Shown here: piece by piece, positions 45,334 to 54,061 of the stretch
Layout: every line of letters begins with the position of its first letter
How positions within the stretch are numbered: the stretch's first letter is position 1
Assembly: GCA_018060625.1 (NCBI GenBank)
Contig: JAGOVS010000004.1
Span: 636-64,635 of the forward strand
Direction: 5' to 3'
Source of the DNA: Bacteriovorax sp.
Lineage (GTDB): Bacteria; Bdellovibrionota; Bacteriovoracia; Bacteriovoracales; Bacteriovoracaceae
Length of the DNA stretch: 64,000 nucleotides
The notes under the pieces: model-generated
Seen by the model: only the letters and a program-made list of their open reading frames with translations
What the model was told of the DNA's origin: nothing
Database searches by the model: none
Translations under genes and position numbers: made by a program

Positions 45334-46788
45334 ATGGAAGTCGCAACTCAAACTAAAGAAAAAAATCATGTTATTTATGATCCAATTTATGGTTTCATAA
45401 AACTCAATCCAATCGAATGGGAAATAATCTCCTCACCTTTTTATCAACGTCTTCGCTGGATTAAGCAATTAGGTTTTTCTTGTTATGTTTTTCCAGGAGC
45501 TGAACACTCTCGTTTTCACCACTCCATTGGCGTTATGTACAATGCCCATAAGATTTTAGAGTCCTGCGGACGTGCCGTAAGTGAAAAAGAACTCATGGAT
45601 CCTTCTTGCTTAACCACTGAGGCGATTTATCATAAAAGTTTGCGCCTGGCTGCTCTTATGCATGATTTGGGGACATTTCTTTTTTCGCATACAACTGAAG
45701 GGGCCTATATAGAATATGGTGAAACGACTCGGGCCAAAGGAGGAAAGGGGCTTCCGGACGATCACGAAAATTTAGGTGCCTTCATTATAAAGAATACTGA
45801 TTACTCGGGAGGAATTACTTTTATTTTAAAAAAATATGGCATTTCACCTCAGCGAATTTCTGATTTAGTGAAAGGAGTGGATGAGTCAATTCTTGCTAAT
45901 CAGATTCTTCATTCAGAAGTAGACTGCGATCGCATGGACTATCTTTTAAGAGATGCCCACTATACAGGGCTTAAGTATGGCTCTTATGATCGAGATTATC
46001 TACTCTATCATTTTCAAGTTAAGCGTATCGATAACCATGATATTTTGACCATTCGTCACAATGCCCTTTATTGTGTAGAAGATTTTTTAACATCACGCTT
46101 TGCCTGGTATTCTCAGGTTATTCGTTCACCTCGAGGTGCAAAATTTGATGCCATTGCCGAAACGCTTTGTTTTTATTTTTTGGAGAAAGGATATATTTAT
46201 CGTTATAGTGAACTGCTTGAGATGATTGAGCACGATCCTATGAAATTTTATGGTTTTAACGACACTTATTTTATGGGGCTTGTTCATAAGCACTATATGA
46301 ATGGAGATCTTGATAAAAATCTTAAAATTAAAGATATGGCAAAAACAATTATGCTCGCAACAGGAGGTAAGGCCATTCGATGTGAAGAGTTTAAATCACG
46401 ACTTCTCTCTCAGGATGATCCTCAAGCTTTAGAGAAATACTCCAAACGAGCTCATACCAAAGCTCATGAGATAGAGGAATTTCTCAAAAAGTCAGGAGGC
46501 CCTTCCGACTGGATGATTTACGATATTCCTAAAAAGGCAATTATGTTTGTTAAATCACCAAAAAATGTTGCGAAAAACACCTCACGGGAGTTGGCCAATG
46601 TTCTTCTTGATCGTGACCCAGTGAAAATCACTATGGAAAATGGAGAGGTCAAGTTATTGGGTGAAGTTGAAAACTCTCTAATATCTAAACTTTTTAATAG
46701 TAATAATTTTATTCCCAATGTTTATTGCTCAACATCTGCTTATGACCTATTGCTTTCTCACGGCATAATAGAGGGAAGTTTTAGTTAA
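45334..46788 (+). CDS. HD-domain phosphohydrolase (dNTP-triphosphohydrolase-like family, COG1078 type)
   Basis: HSRFHHSIGV, HDLGTFLFSH and DCDRMDYLLRDAHYTG motifs. The start is placed at ATG 45334, because the ORF-track start at 45304 lies inside the upstream terminator. Confidence 0.75.
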   Translation: MEVATQTKEKNHVIYDPIYGFIKLNPIEWEIISSPFYQRLRWIKQLGFSCYVFPGAEHSRFHHSIGVMYNAHKILESCGRAVSEKELMDPSCLTTEAIYHKSLRLAALMHDLGTFLFSHTTEGAYIEYGETTRAKGGKGLPDDHENLGAFIIKNTDYSGGITFILKKYGISPQRISDLVKGVDESILANQILHSEVDCDRMDYLLRDAHYTGLKYGSYDRDYLLYHFQVKRIDNHDILTIRHNALYCVEDFLTSRFAWYSQVIRSPRGAKFDAIAETLCFYFLEKGYIYRYSELLEMIEHDPMKFYGFNDTYFMGLVHKHYMNGDLDKNLKIKDMAKTIMLATGGKAIRCEEFKSRLLSQDDPQALEKYSKRAHTKAHEIEEFLKKSGGPSDWMIYDIPKKAIMFVKSPKNVAKNTSRELANVLLDRDPVKITMENGEVKLLGEVENSLISKLFNSNNFIPNVYCSTSAYDLLLSHGIIEGSFS

Positions 46789-46876
46789 GAGGGTGGGGGC
46801 ATAAGGATACTGGAATAAATTTCTCGGAGATGCAGAAAACCTACCTAAAAACCTAAATTTAAGATAAAATTTAAAA

Positions 46877-46894
46877 GATTGGGAAATCCCAATC
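46877..46894. repeat. 18-bp palindrome upstream of ftsE
   Basis: GATTGGGA-AA-TCCCAATC has perfect 8-bp arms. It lies 48 nt upstream of the ftsE ATG. Confidence 0.6.
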
Positions 46895-46941
46895 CTGGAT
46901 CAGGAAGATCTGTGGATTTAGACTTTGGAGTTAGGGTCATT

Positions 46942-47667
46942 ATGCAAAATCAAAGCACCTCATTAAATCAAAAGAATACAAAAGGACCTCAAATATCGGG
47001 AAGTGGTGGACCCATTTTTTACTGTGAGGATGTCTCTGTTCAATTCGGTGAAACGCGAGCACTTAAAAATATCCAATTAACAATTGAGCGTGGAGAGATT
47101 ATTTTTGTGACCGGTGCTTCGGGAGCAGGAAAGACAACTTTGCTAAAATTGCTTTCTGGAATTTTAGCCCCAACGTCGGGAAAAGTTGTTCGCCCAAATC
47201 TTTTTACAGGTAAAAAAAATCTCTATATTTCAAATGTTTTTCAAGATTTGAGATTGATGGGGAAATATACCTGTGAAGAGAATTTAATGTTTGCTTATGA
47301 CCCTTCAATTTATAAAGATAAAAATGAATTTATTCAAGATATGAATGAGTTGTGCCGTATCCTTGGTATTAAAGACCGATTGAATTTAAAAGTGAGTCTT
47401 GCCAATGGAGGTCTTCAACAGAAAGTTGCCATTGTTCGTTCGCTGTTAACCAGACCTGATATCTTAATAGCAGATGAACCCACAAGTTCTCTAGATTCAG
47501 ATAATACAAGAAGGCTATTTGATGTCTTTAACTTATACAATGCGAAAAGAGGGTTGACAGTGGTTTGGGCCACACACAATAAAGAACTCATTAAAAGTTT
47601 TACTGGTCGAATTATTCATTTAGACAACGGACGTTTAGTGTATTCGGGGCATGCATGTTTTATTTAA
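46942..47667 (+). CDS. ftsE: Cell-division ABC ATPase FtsE
   Basis: Walker A GASGAGKTT and Walker B ILIADEPTSSLD. The signature motif is divergent (ANGGLQQKVAIVRSL instead of LSGGxQQ). It is followed by ftsX-like and envC-like genes. The start is placed at ATG 46942. Confidence 0.75.
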   Translation: MQNQSTSLNQKNTKGPQISGSGGPIFYCEDVSVQFGETRALKNIQLTIERGEIIFVTGASGAGKTTLLKLLSGILAPTSGKVVRPNLFTGKKNLYISNVFQDLRLMGKYTCEENLMFAYDPSIYKDKNEFIQDMNELCRILGIKDRLNLKVSLANGGLQQKVAIVRSLLTRPDILIADEPTSSLDSDNTRRLFDVFNLYNAKRGLTVVWATHNKELIKSFTGRIIHLDNGRLVYSGHACFI

Positions 47668-48449
47668 CACAATTTTTTAAGATTTTATTTAAGTCTCCAT
47701 TGAGAGGATTTTTTCTTTTCTTTTTTTCGCTTCTAATGGTTTTCTCCATTGGGCAAAAGGCATTTTTAGAAGAGCAATTTGTTAAAATGATTCCGGAAAA
47801 TAAGGCCGGGTCATATTTTTATGCTCTCATAGCTTCTACAGAGTCTTATCAAAATGTTGCTCGCCAAATGACTGTTTTACCTGGAGTCTATAAAGTAGAA
47901 GTTTTATCTGAAACTCAAATCAAAGATGAAGTAAGAGGAATTTTAAGTTCGCTTCAAGTTGAGCTTACTCAAACGACACTTGATCTAAATTATGCTGGAC
48001 TTAAAATTATTTACGCCAAAGATTTAAAACCTCGGGCCCAAGAGCTGATAAGAGATTATTTGACCCACTTGGTAGGGGAAGGAAATATTACACTTGGGAA
48101 CATAAAGGTAAATGATCAGACCCTGGATAAGCGCAATCAATTTATTGGTGCTATAAAATCTTGGGGATACTCGCTTTATTTATTTATTGTTTTCTCTTTT
48201 TGGTTGATATCACTCCTTTCAATACGAGTGAAGATTGCGGAAGTTTCATACCTACTTGAGAGTTATCAACGTAAAAAGAAAGTTGGCGTGAAAATGGCCA
48301 GCTTTGGGCTGACTCTTATTTTTATATTGTCAGTGGCAACAACTTTTATTTTAGGGATGCCTCAGTTGCTTAATCTTCTGGTTGCCTTGGTTCTTTTTAT
48401 TGTTGGAATTCTACTTCATAGTAAGCGCTACCAATGGGAGAATCATTAA
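47655..48449 (+). CDS. ftsX: FtsX-like permease
   Basis: TM1, a ~120-aa periplasmic domain, then three C-terminal TM helices. It overlaps the ftsE stop. Confidence 0.65.
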   Translation: MFYLTQFFKILFKSPLRGFFLFFFSLLMVFSIGQKAFLEEQFVKMIPENKAGSYFYALIASTESYQNVARQMTVLPGVYKVEVLSETQIKDEVRGILSSLQVELTQTTLDLNYAGLKIIYAKDLKPRAQELIRDYLTHLVGEGNITLGNIKVNDQTLDKRNQFIGAIKSWGYSLYLFIVFSFWLISLLSIRVKIAEVSYLLESYQRKKKVGVKMASFGLTLIFILSVATTFILGMPQLLNLLVALVLFIVGILLHSKRYQWENH

Positions 48450-48455
48450 TCTTTC

Positions 48456-49574
48456 ATGAAAATAAACACATTGGTATTACTATTTTTGTTTCCTCTTGCC
48501 CTAAATGCCGCTATTGAGAGCAGTGATAAAGTTAATGTTTTTGAAATGAAGCGCAAACTTCAAGAACAAAATAAGATGATTCAAGAAATGACCCGAGAAG
48601 TGAGTCATGTCGAAATGAATCTTGGAATGCAAAATAAGAAATATCTACGCTTGGCCAATGAAAGAGCAAAAATTGAAGAAATGTTGGCCCAGGCTAAAAA
48701 GAATGCCGATTTGGATAATCAAAATTTAACAAAAAATTTTAATGAAACAAAAACGATTCTCATGGGAGTTCTTCTTAATAAATTAGAAAAAAATGAGAGT
48801 TCTGCAGACTTGTTAACTCGGAAAATTTTAGTTGAAAACCTTCAACGAAGACTTTCAGATTTAGATGGGATGATGAAATCAAATAAAACAATTCAAGAGG
48901 ATGTTGAGAGACTCTATTCGCGCTTAGAAGATTCAATGAAAACGGAAAAGGAGTTGCTCTCTTTAACGGCGGAATTAGAGCAGCGAAAAAAAGAACTCCA
49001 TGAAAACCTTGACATGGCCGGACAGAAAAAATCAAGTTCACAAGCTGAATTTGAAGAAGTGAAGAATAAATTGGCCATGGAAAGAGACGCACTTCGCAAG
49101 GCGTCCCTCAGAGAAAAACTTCGCCCATTACAGATTACAGAAGAGATAAAAATTCCCTCTCAGCTTACAAATGTAACCCAAGTGGCCAGTGGTGCAGCTT
49201 TTTCTCCTCCACTTTCTGATTTTCTAGGAATTGATTATCAAAAGAAAGGAGTGACTTTTAATTTTCAAGGGAAAAATGAAGTGCGAGCGCCGAAGTCTGG
49301 AAAAGTGGTTTATACAGGAAGTCTCGCTAGTTATGGAAATGTGCTGATGATTGATCATGGAAATGATACTAGGACCGTTTTATTAGGGCAATTTGATTAC
49401 ACCGTAAAAAATGGTGACGCTATTCAAGCTGCTCAGTTGGTCGGATATACAAATCCTAGATCGAATAAAGGACTAGGCGATGGAAAGATTTATTTTGAAG
49501 TAAGAAAAAACAATTTAGCCCAAAATACATATTTGCTTTTAGATAAGACTACATTATCAAGAATATCTAAATAG
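48456..49574 (+). CDS. envC: EnvC-like murein hydrolase activator (coiled coil plus degenerate LytM/M23 domain)
   Basis: Signal peptide and a long coiled coil. The C-terminal GKVVYTGSLASYGNVLMIDHGNDTRTVLLG...GKIYFEVRKN shows the M23 fold pattern, but the HxxxD and HxH metal ligands are not conserved. Confidence 0.7.
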   Translation: MKINTLVLLFLFPLALNAAIESSDKVNVFEMKRKLQEQNKMIQEMTREVSHVEMNLGMQNKKYLRLANERAKIEEMLAQAKKNADLDNQNLTKNFNETKTILMGVLLNKLEKNESSADLLTRKILVENLQRRLSDLDGMMKSNKTIQEDVERLYSRLEDSMKTEKELLSLTAELEQRKKELHENLDMAGQKKSSSQAEFEEVKNKLAMERDALRKASLREKLRPLQITEEIKIPSQLTNVTQVASGAAFSPPLSDFLGIDYQKKGVTFNFQGKNEVRAPKSGKVVYTGSLASYGNVLMIDHGNDTRTVLLGQFDYTVKNGDAIQAAQLVGYTNPRSNKGLGDGKIYFEVRKNNLAQNTYLLLDKTTLSRISK

Positions 49575-49602
49575 CATCTATTTTCTATGGAAGGAGTAGA
49601 TC

Positions 49603-51027
49603 ATGAAGAGAGAATTACGAAGTCTCTTGCTGTCAGCGTTTTTAATTTCTAGTTTGCCAGGTTCTCAGGCCACAACTGCAGAATTATCGGCCGATGTTAT
49701 TAAGAAATCTCGCTATGAAAAATTAGAATTATTTAACAAAGTAATGTATCTCATAGAATCACAATACTATCGTGAAGTTGATACAGAAAAATTAATTGAA
49801 GGTGCCTTAAATGGGATGATGAATACTCTTGATCCTCATTCGGCATTCTTGGATCGTGAGATTTTTGCAAAAATGCAGGAAGAGACTTCTGGAGAATTTG
49901 GTGGACTTGGAATTGAAGTAACTCAAAAAGATGGCCTATTGGTCATCATTACTCCAATCGAAGATTCACCTGCCTTTAAAGTTGGAATTAAGGCCGGCGA
50001 TAAAATTGTTGAAATCAATCATGAATCAATGGTGGGAGTTACTCTCGAGCAGGCCATAGATAAACTTCGAGGAAAAACGAAAAGTAAAATTATCCTGGGA
50101 ATTGCTCGCGAAGGAGTAGAAGGTGTTAAGAATTTCGAAATAACACGAGAAATAGTTTATTTAAAACCTGTTAAATATGAACTTCTTGAAGATCAGTATG
50201 CTTATATTCGCCTGACTCAATTTCAAAAAAAATCGGCGGATTATATAATTGATGCCATTATTAAAATGCGTGCTGAAGCAAAAAACAAAGGAGGCCTTAA
50301 AGGGATAGTTCTTGATTTAAGATCTAATCCTGGAGGTTTACTAGACGAAGCAGTAGATGTTTCTTCAATTTTTCTAAAAGATGGAATCGTTGTTTCAACT
50401 GAGGGACGAGACCCTAAAAATAAAGAAATTCGTTACGTGAAAAAGTCAGGACATAAAGAACTGGATATCCCGGTAATTGTCTTAATCAACGGGTCAACAG
50501 CTTCGGCTTCTGAAATTGTCTCTGGTGCTCTTCAAGACTCAAAGCGCGCCATTATAATGGGGACGCAGTCTTTTGGTAAAGGATCAGTTCAATCTGTTGC
50601 TAAAATTGATGAACAAATTGGACTAAAACTTACAATTGCTCAATACATGACCCCAAGTGGAAAAAAGATTCAGGCCATTGGTATTAAGCCAGATGTTTAT
50701 ATCGATGAAGTAGAAGCTGAATTTGTTGATAAGAATAAAAAAGAATCGAGTTTTATTCGCGAAAAGGATTTAAAGAATCATCTTACGGCAACCATTGAAA
50801 CAGCTGAAGAGAAAAAATTGCGCGAGGTCAATGAACTCAAAGAACGGATTGAGAGAACAGAGCGATTTAAACAAATGAGAGAGAAGAAAAAGCGTGGAAA
50901 AGTCAAAGAAATAGTCAGTGAAGATGAAGATTATAATAAAAAAATAGCTCCGGCCGACGATTACCAAGTTATTCAGGCCATAAATTATTTAAAAAATGTT
51001 GGACTCATTAAGAGTTTAAAATTCTAA
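49603..51027 (+). CDS. ctpA: Carboxy-terminal processing protease (S41, PDZ-containing)
   Basis: PDZ region (GIEVTQKDG...GDKIVEIN), RSNPGGLLDEAV, GSTASASEIVSGALQD and SFGKGSVQ. Confidence 0.85.
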   Translation: MKRELRSLLLSAFLISSLPGSQATTAELSADVIKKSRYEKLELFNKVMYLIESQYYREVDTEKLIEGALNGMMNTLDPHSAFLDREIFAKMQEETSGEFGGLGIEVTQKDGLLVIITPIEDSPAFKVGIKAGDKIVEINHESMVGVTLEQAIDKLRGKTKSKIILGIAREGVEGVKNFEITREIVYLKPVKYELLEDQYAYIRLTQFQKKSADYIIDAIIKMRAEAKNKGGLKGIVLDLRSNPGGLLDEAVDVSSIFLKDGIVVSTEGRDPKNKEIRYVKKSGHKELDIPVIVLINGSTASASEIVSGALQDSKRAIIMGTQSFGKGSVQSVAKIDEQIGLKLTIAQYMTPSGKKIQAIGIKPDVYIDEVEAEFVDKNKKESSFIREKDLKNHLTATIETAEEKKLREVNELKERIERTERFKQMREKKKRGKVKEIVSEDEDYNKKIAPADDYQVIQAINYLKNVGLIKSLKF

Positions 51028-51081
51028 TAGAGGAAAGTAAAAAGAATGCCGGTTTTCTGTGCTTCTTCATTTTAGGTAAAG

Positions 51082-52374
51082 ATGGAATTCGCAGCAAAAA
51101 ATGTCTCAGTAATTGTAGGTGAAATAAAAAATTTATTAGAAAATCACTTTTCTAATGTGGCCATTATTGGAGAGGTCTCTAATCTCTCCCTTTCATCTTC
51201 AGGTCATTGGTATTTGACTCTTTCAGATAAAGAAGCGTCGATGAGTGCGGCATTATTCAAAATGGATGCACTAAGAAATCCCTATATTAAAAAAATTAAA
51301 GATGGCGAAAAGGTCGTTGTTGTTGGTGATATTAATGTCTACCCCAAGAGAGGAACATTTCAAGTTATTATAAAAAAAATAACACCGATGGGCCAAGGAG
51401 ATTTAAAAGAGCAGTTTGAAAAATTAAAGCGCAAGCTCGCCGCTGAAGGTCTGTTTGATCTTGAAACAAAGAAGCCAATTCCTCTTTTGCCTAAACGAGT
51501 GGCGATTATAACTGCCCAAAGAGGAGCGGCGTTGGCCGATTTTATCAATATTTATAAAAGACGCTCGCTCTGGATGGATCTGATCGTTGTGCCCACATTG
51601 GTTCAAGGTGAAGAGGCCCCAAAGGCCCTTCGGGCTTCACTTCATAATGTTATTAAGTATTCAATGCAAGCTTCTATGGAGAAAAAAATCGATATTATTG
51701 TTCTTGCCAGAGGCGGAGGGAGTCTAGAAGACCTTTGGGCCTTTAATGATGAAGCTCTAGCTTGGGATTTATTTAATTGTCCCATTCCAACGATCAGTGC
51801 AATTGGGCATGAAGTAGATTTTTCCATCTCTGATTTTGTGTGTGATCTACGTGCGGAAACACCGTCTGCAGCAGCAGAAGTGATTACTCATCACCAAACA
51901 CTAATAAAGGATAAGATGCGATCGCTTAAATCTCGATTAGTGAGTGTTGCTGAAATTAAAGTAAGCAGGATACATAATCGACTCAAGCAGGCCCATCCTC
52001 ATAGAGTTCTAAACATTATTTTAGGGGCATTTAATCAATTTCAAAAAAGACTTTCTCGTAGTGATCTAAGTCGTCGATTGGGAGAATTGACACATATTCA
52101 TGAATATTATCAGGAACTGGATGAGAATTTTGAAATGATAAAAAATGCTATGAAAGAAAAGTTCGTAAAATTAAATCATCGTCTCGACAAGACCAGTCGG
52201 TTGCTGCAAGTCCTTAATCCAAAAAATGTGCTTGAGAGAGGCTATGGATACGTTGAAACGGTTGATGGATGCGTAATTTCTTCAATTAAGGATTTTGATC
52301 ATTTGAAGCCAGGGATGACGTTGGATTTGCATTTGCATGATGGAAAAAGAAAAATTCAAAAGCTTAAAGAATAG
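51082..52374 (+). CDS. xseA: Exodeoxyribonuclease VII large subunit
   Basis: N-terminal OB fold (IIGEVSNLSLSSSGHWYLTLSD), ARGGGSLEDLWAFNDE and ISAIGHEVDFSISDFV. Confidence 0.85.
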   Translation: MEFAAKNVSVIVGEIKNLLENHFSNVAIIGEVSNLSLSSSGHWYLTLSDKEASMSAALFKMDALRNPYIKKIKDGEKVVVVGDINVYPKRGTFQVIIKKITPMGQGDLKEQFEKLKRKLAAEGLFDLETKKPIPLLPKRVAIITAQRGAALADFINIYKRRSLWMDLIVVPTLVQGEEAPKALRASLHNVIKYSMQASMEKKIDIIVLARGGGSLEDLWAFNDEALAWDLFNCPIPTISAIGHEVDFSISDFVCDLRAETPSAAAEVITHHQTLIKDKMRSLKSRLVSVAEIKVSRIHNRLKQAHPHRVLNIILGAFNQFQKRLSRSDLSRRLGELTHIHEYYQELDENFEMIKNAMKEKFVKLNHRLDKTSRLLQVLNPKNVLERGYGYVETVDGCVISSIKDFDHLKPGMTLDLHLHDGKRKIQKLKE

Positions 52375-52380
52375 GTTTTA

Positions 52381-54051
52381 GTGAAAAATAAAACAAAGAG
52401 GCATTTGCATTTTTTCGTTGATCCTAAACTTGTTGAGCAAGACCGGGCAGCCTTTTTACTTCAAGCATTTCTAGAGGAAAAATTAAAATATACAATTGAT
52501 GTTAACGATCTAGAAAAAGATCAAAGCTATATCGTCTTTGCTCATCAAGATAATATCAAATATTTCTCAAAACATAAAAATCATATTGTCGTTGTTGATT
52601 CTACAGAGAAAAGTGATGGTGTTTCAAGAGAAAAAATAAACTTTAATTCTTATGAAGAAATCATTAACTTTCTACAGAGAATATTTATAGTAGAAAAACA
52701 TGTTTTTCTTCAGTCTAAGATTAAAGAAAGTGAGGAGATGTATGATGAGATAAGGAAAAATAATTTGGATATCTCGTCTGTAGATCTACTAAGTTTGACA
52801 GAAGGGCAAAGTTGTTTAATTGAAAAATTGATTGATTTAGAGATTAACCTTCTAAGTGAAGATAGTATTGAAGATTGGAATAAACATTTTCGCAGCTTCG
52901 TGAAAGGGAATACGCATTTTCATCAGTTATCTCTTTATTCAAGTATTCAGCTAATGAACGAAGTAGGGGCCGTTGAAGATAATACTTTTATATTGCATTT
53001 GCCATTTGAAGATCGTTTTCTCTTTATTAAGTTAAGACCCAATTACAATATAGGCGATTCAATTTTGATAGAGAGTATTGTGACAATGCTTATGAGAACA
53101 ATACAAATTTTAGATCAGAAATTAGTAAAAAGTGATGGGGAAGTAGATTTCTGGAAAAAGATATTCTCAAAAATTCCTTATCCAATGGCCGTTATTTCAA
53201 ACCTTGGAGACCTTCTCATTTATAATGAATCTTTTGCGAAAATTGGCATTTTACCAAAGGAATGTCTTCGCTTTAAAGAGAATGAAAGTTTTGAAATGTT
53301 TCAGCTGTACTATAAAGTAAAGAGAATTGAAATCTCTATGAAGTTAATGAATGTCTCTTATTTTGTTTTTTATACTTCAGAAGGAAAAGAAGTAAGACTT
53401 CCCTCAGGTAAGGTTGAAATTGGAGAATCCAGGAAGGATTCAGTCGATGAGCTTGGAATTATTTCAAGCTCGATCGCTCATGAACTCAATAATCCTTTAG
53501 CAGGTATTTTGGCAGCTCTTTCCCTATTGTCGCTAGAAGAAGGGTGGGTAAATGAAAATCAGAATGATCTAGAAGATATGAAGAATGGGGCAAGACGATG
53601 TAAAGAGTTGGTTGACATCTTTCTAGGGTTTTCAAAGTTTTCTCCGTCAACAGGGAATCCTTTCTCTGTTAAAAACTCTTTGGATCAAGCAATTAATCTT
53701 TTGCGTTTTCGGATGGTTGAATCAAACTTACGGCTTGAGATAGGATATAATCCAACACTAGAAAATTTTACACATTCTGTGAATTCATCAGTCATGTCAA
53801 TGATTCTATACTTGATTTTAAGTGAATTAATGACTGCATTTGCCCATGAAAAACTCATTACTCAAATCAATATGTCCGCGATGGAGGGTGAAGTCATGGA
53901 ATTTTCAAACCAGATAAGCATCAAGCTAAATTACGATTTTGAATATGAAGACAAACTGGCACAATCAAAACTTATTCAGCATTTATTGGTTTTTGAAAAA
54001 TTTGAAATTACCTTTTTGAAACAAGAAATTCGTTTAATTCATCGATCTTAA
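52381..54051 (+). CDS. Histidine-kinase-like sensor protein lacking recognisable ATP-binding boxes
   Basis: PAS-like segment (FWKKIFSKIPYPMAVISNLGDLLIYNESF). HisKA H-box ISSSIAHELNNPLAGI. The ~175 aa after the His show no N, G1 or G2 boxes (LILSELMTAF where LxNLxxNA is expected). GTG start. Confidence 0.6.
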   Translation: MKNKTKRHLHFFVDPKLVEQDRAAFLLQAFLEEKLKYTIDVNDLEKDQSYIVFAHQDNIKYFSKHKNHIVVVDSTEKSDGVSREKINFNSYEEIINFLQRIFIVEKHVFLQSKIKESEEMYDEIRKNNLDISSVDLLSLTEGQSCLIEKLIDLEINLLSEDSIEDWNKHFRSFVKGNTHFHQLSLYSSIQLMNEVGAVEDNTFILHLPFEDRFLFIKLRPNYNIGDSILIESIVTMLMRTIQILDQKLVKSDGEVDFWKKIFSKIPYPMAVISNLGDLLIYNESFAKIGILPKECLRFKENESFEMFQLYYKVKRIEISMKLMNVSYFVFYTSEGKEVRLPSGKVEIGESRKDSVDELGIISSSIAHELNNPLAGILAALSLLSLEEGWVNENQNDLEDMKNGARRCKELVDIFLGFSKFSPSTGNPFSVKNSLDQAINLLRFRMVESNLRLEIGYNPTLENFTHSVNSSVMSMILYLILSELMTAFAHEKLITQINMSAMEGEVMEFSNQISIKLNYDFEYEDKLAQSKLIQHLLVFEKFEITFLKQEIRLIHRS

Positions 54052-54061
54052 TTTGTAATAA

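Noticed and set aside
45334-46788. Calling the HD protein an anti-phage dGTPase defence gene
   Set aside because: There are no neighbouring defence, mobile or island hallmarks. The family is widespread as a housekeeping enzyme, so only the motif variation is reported.
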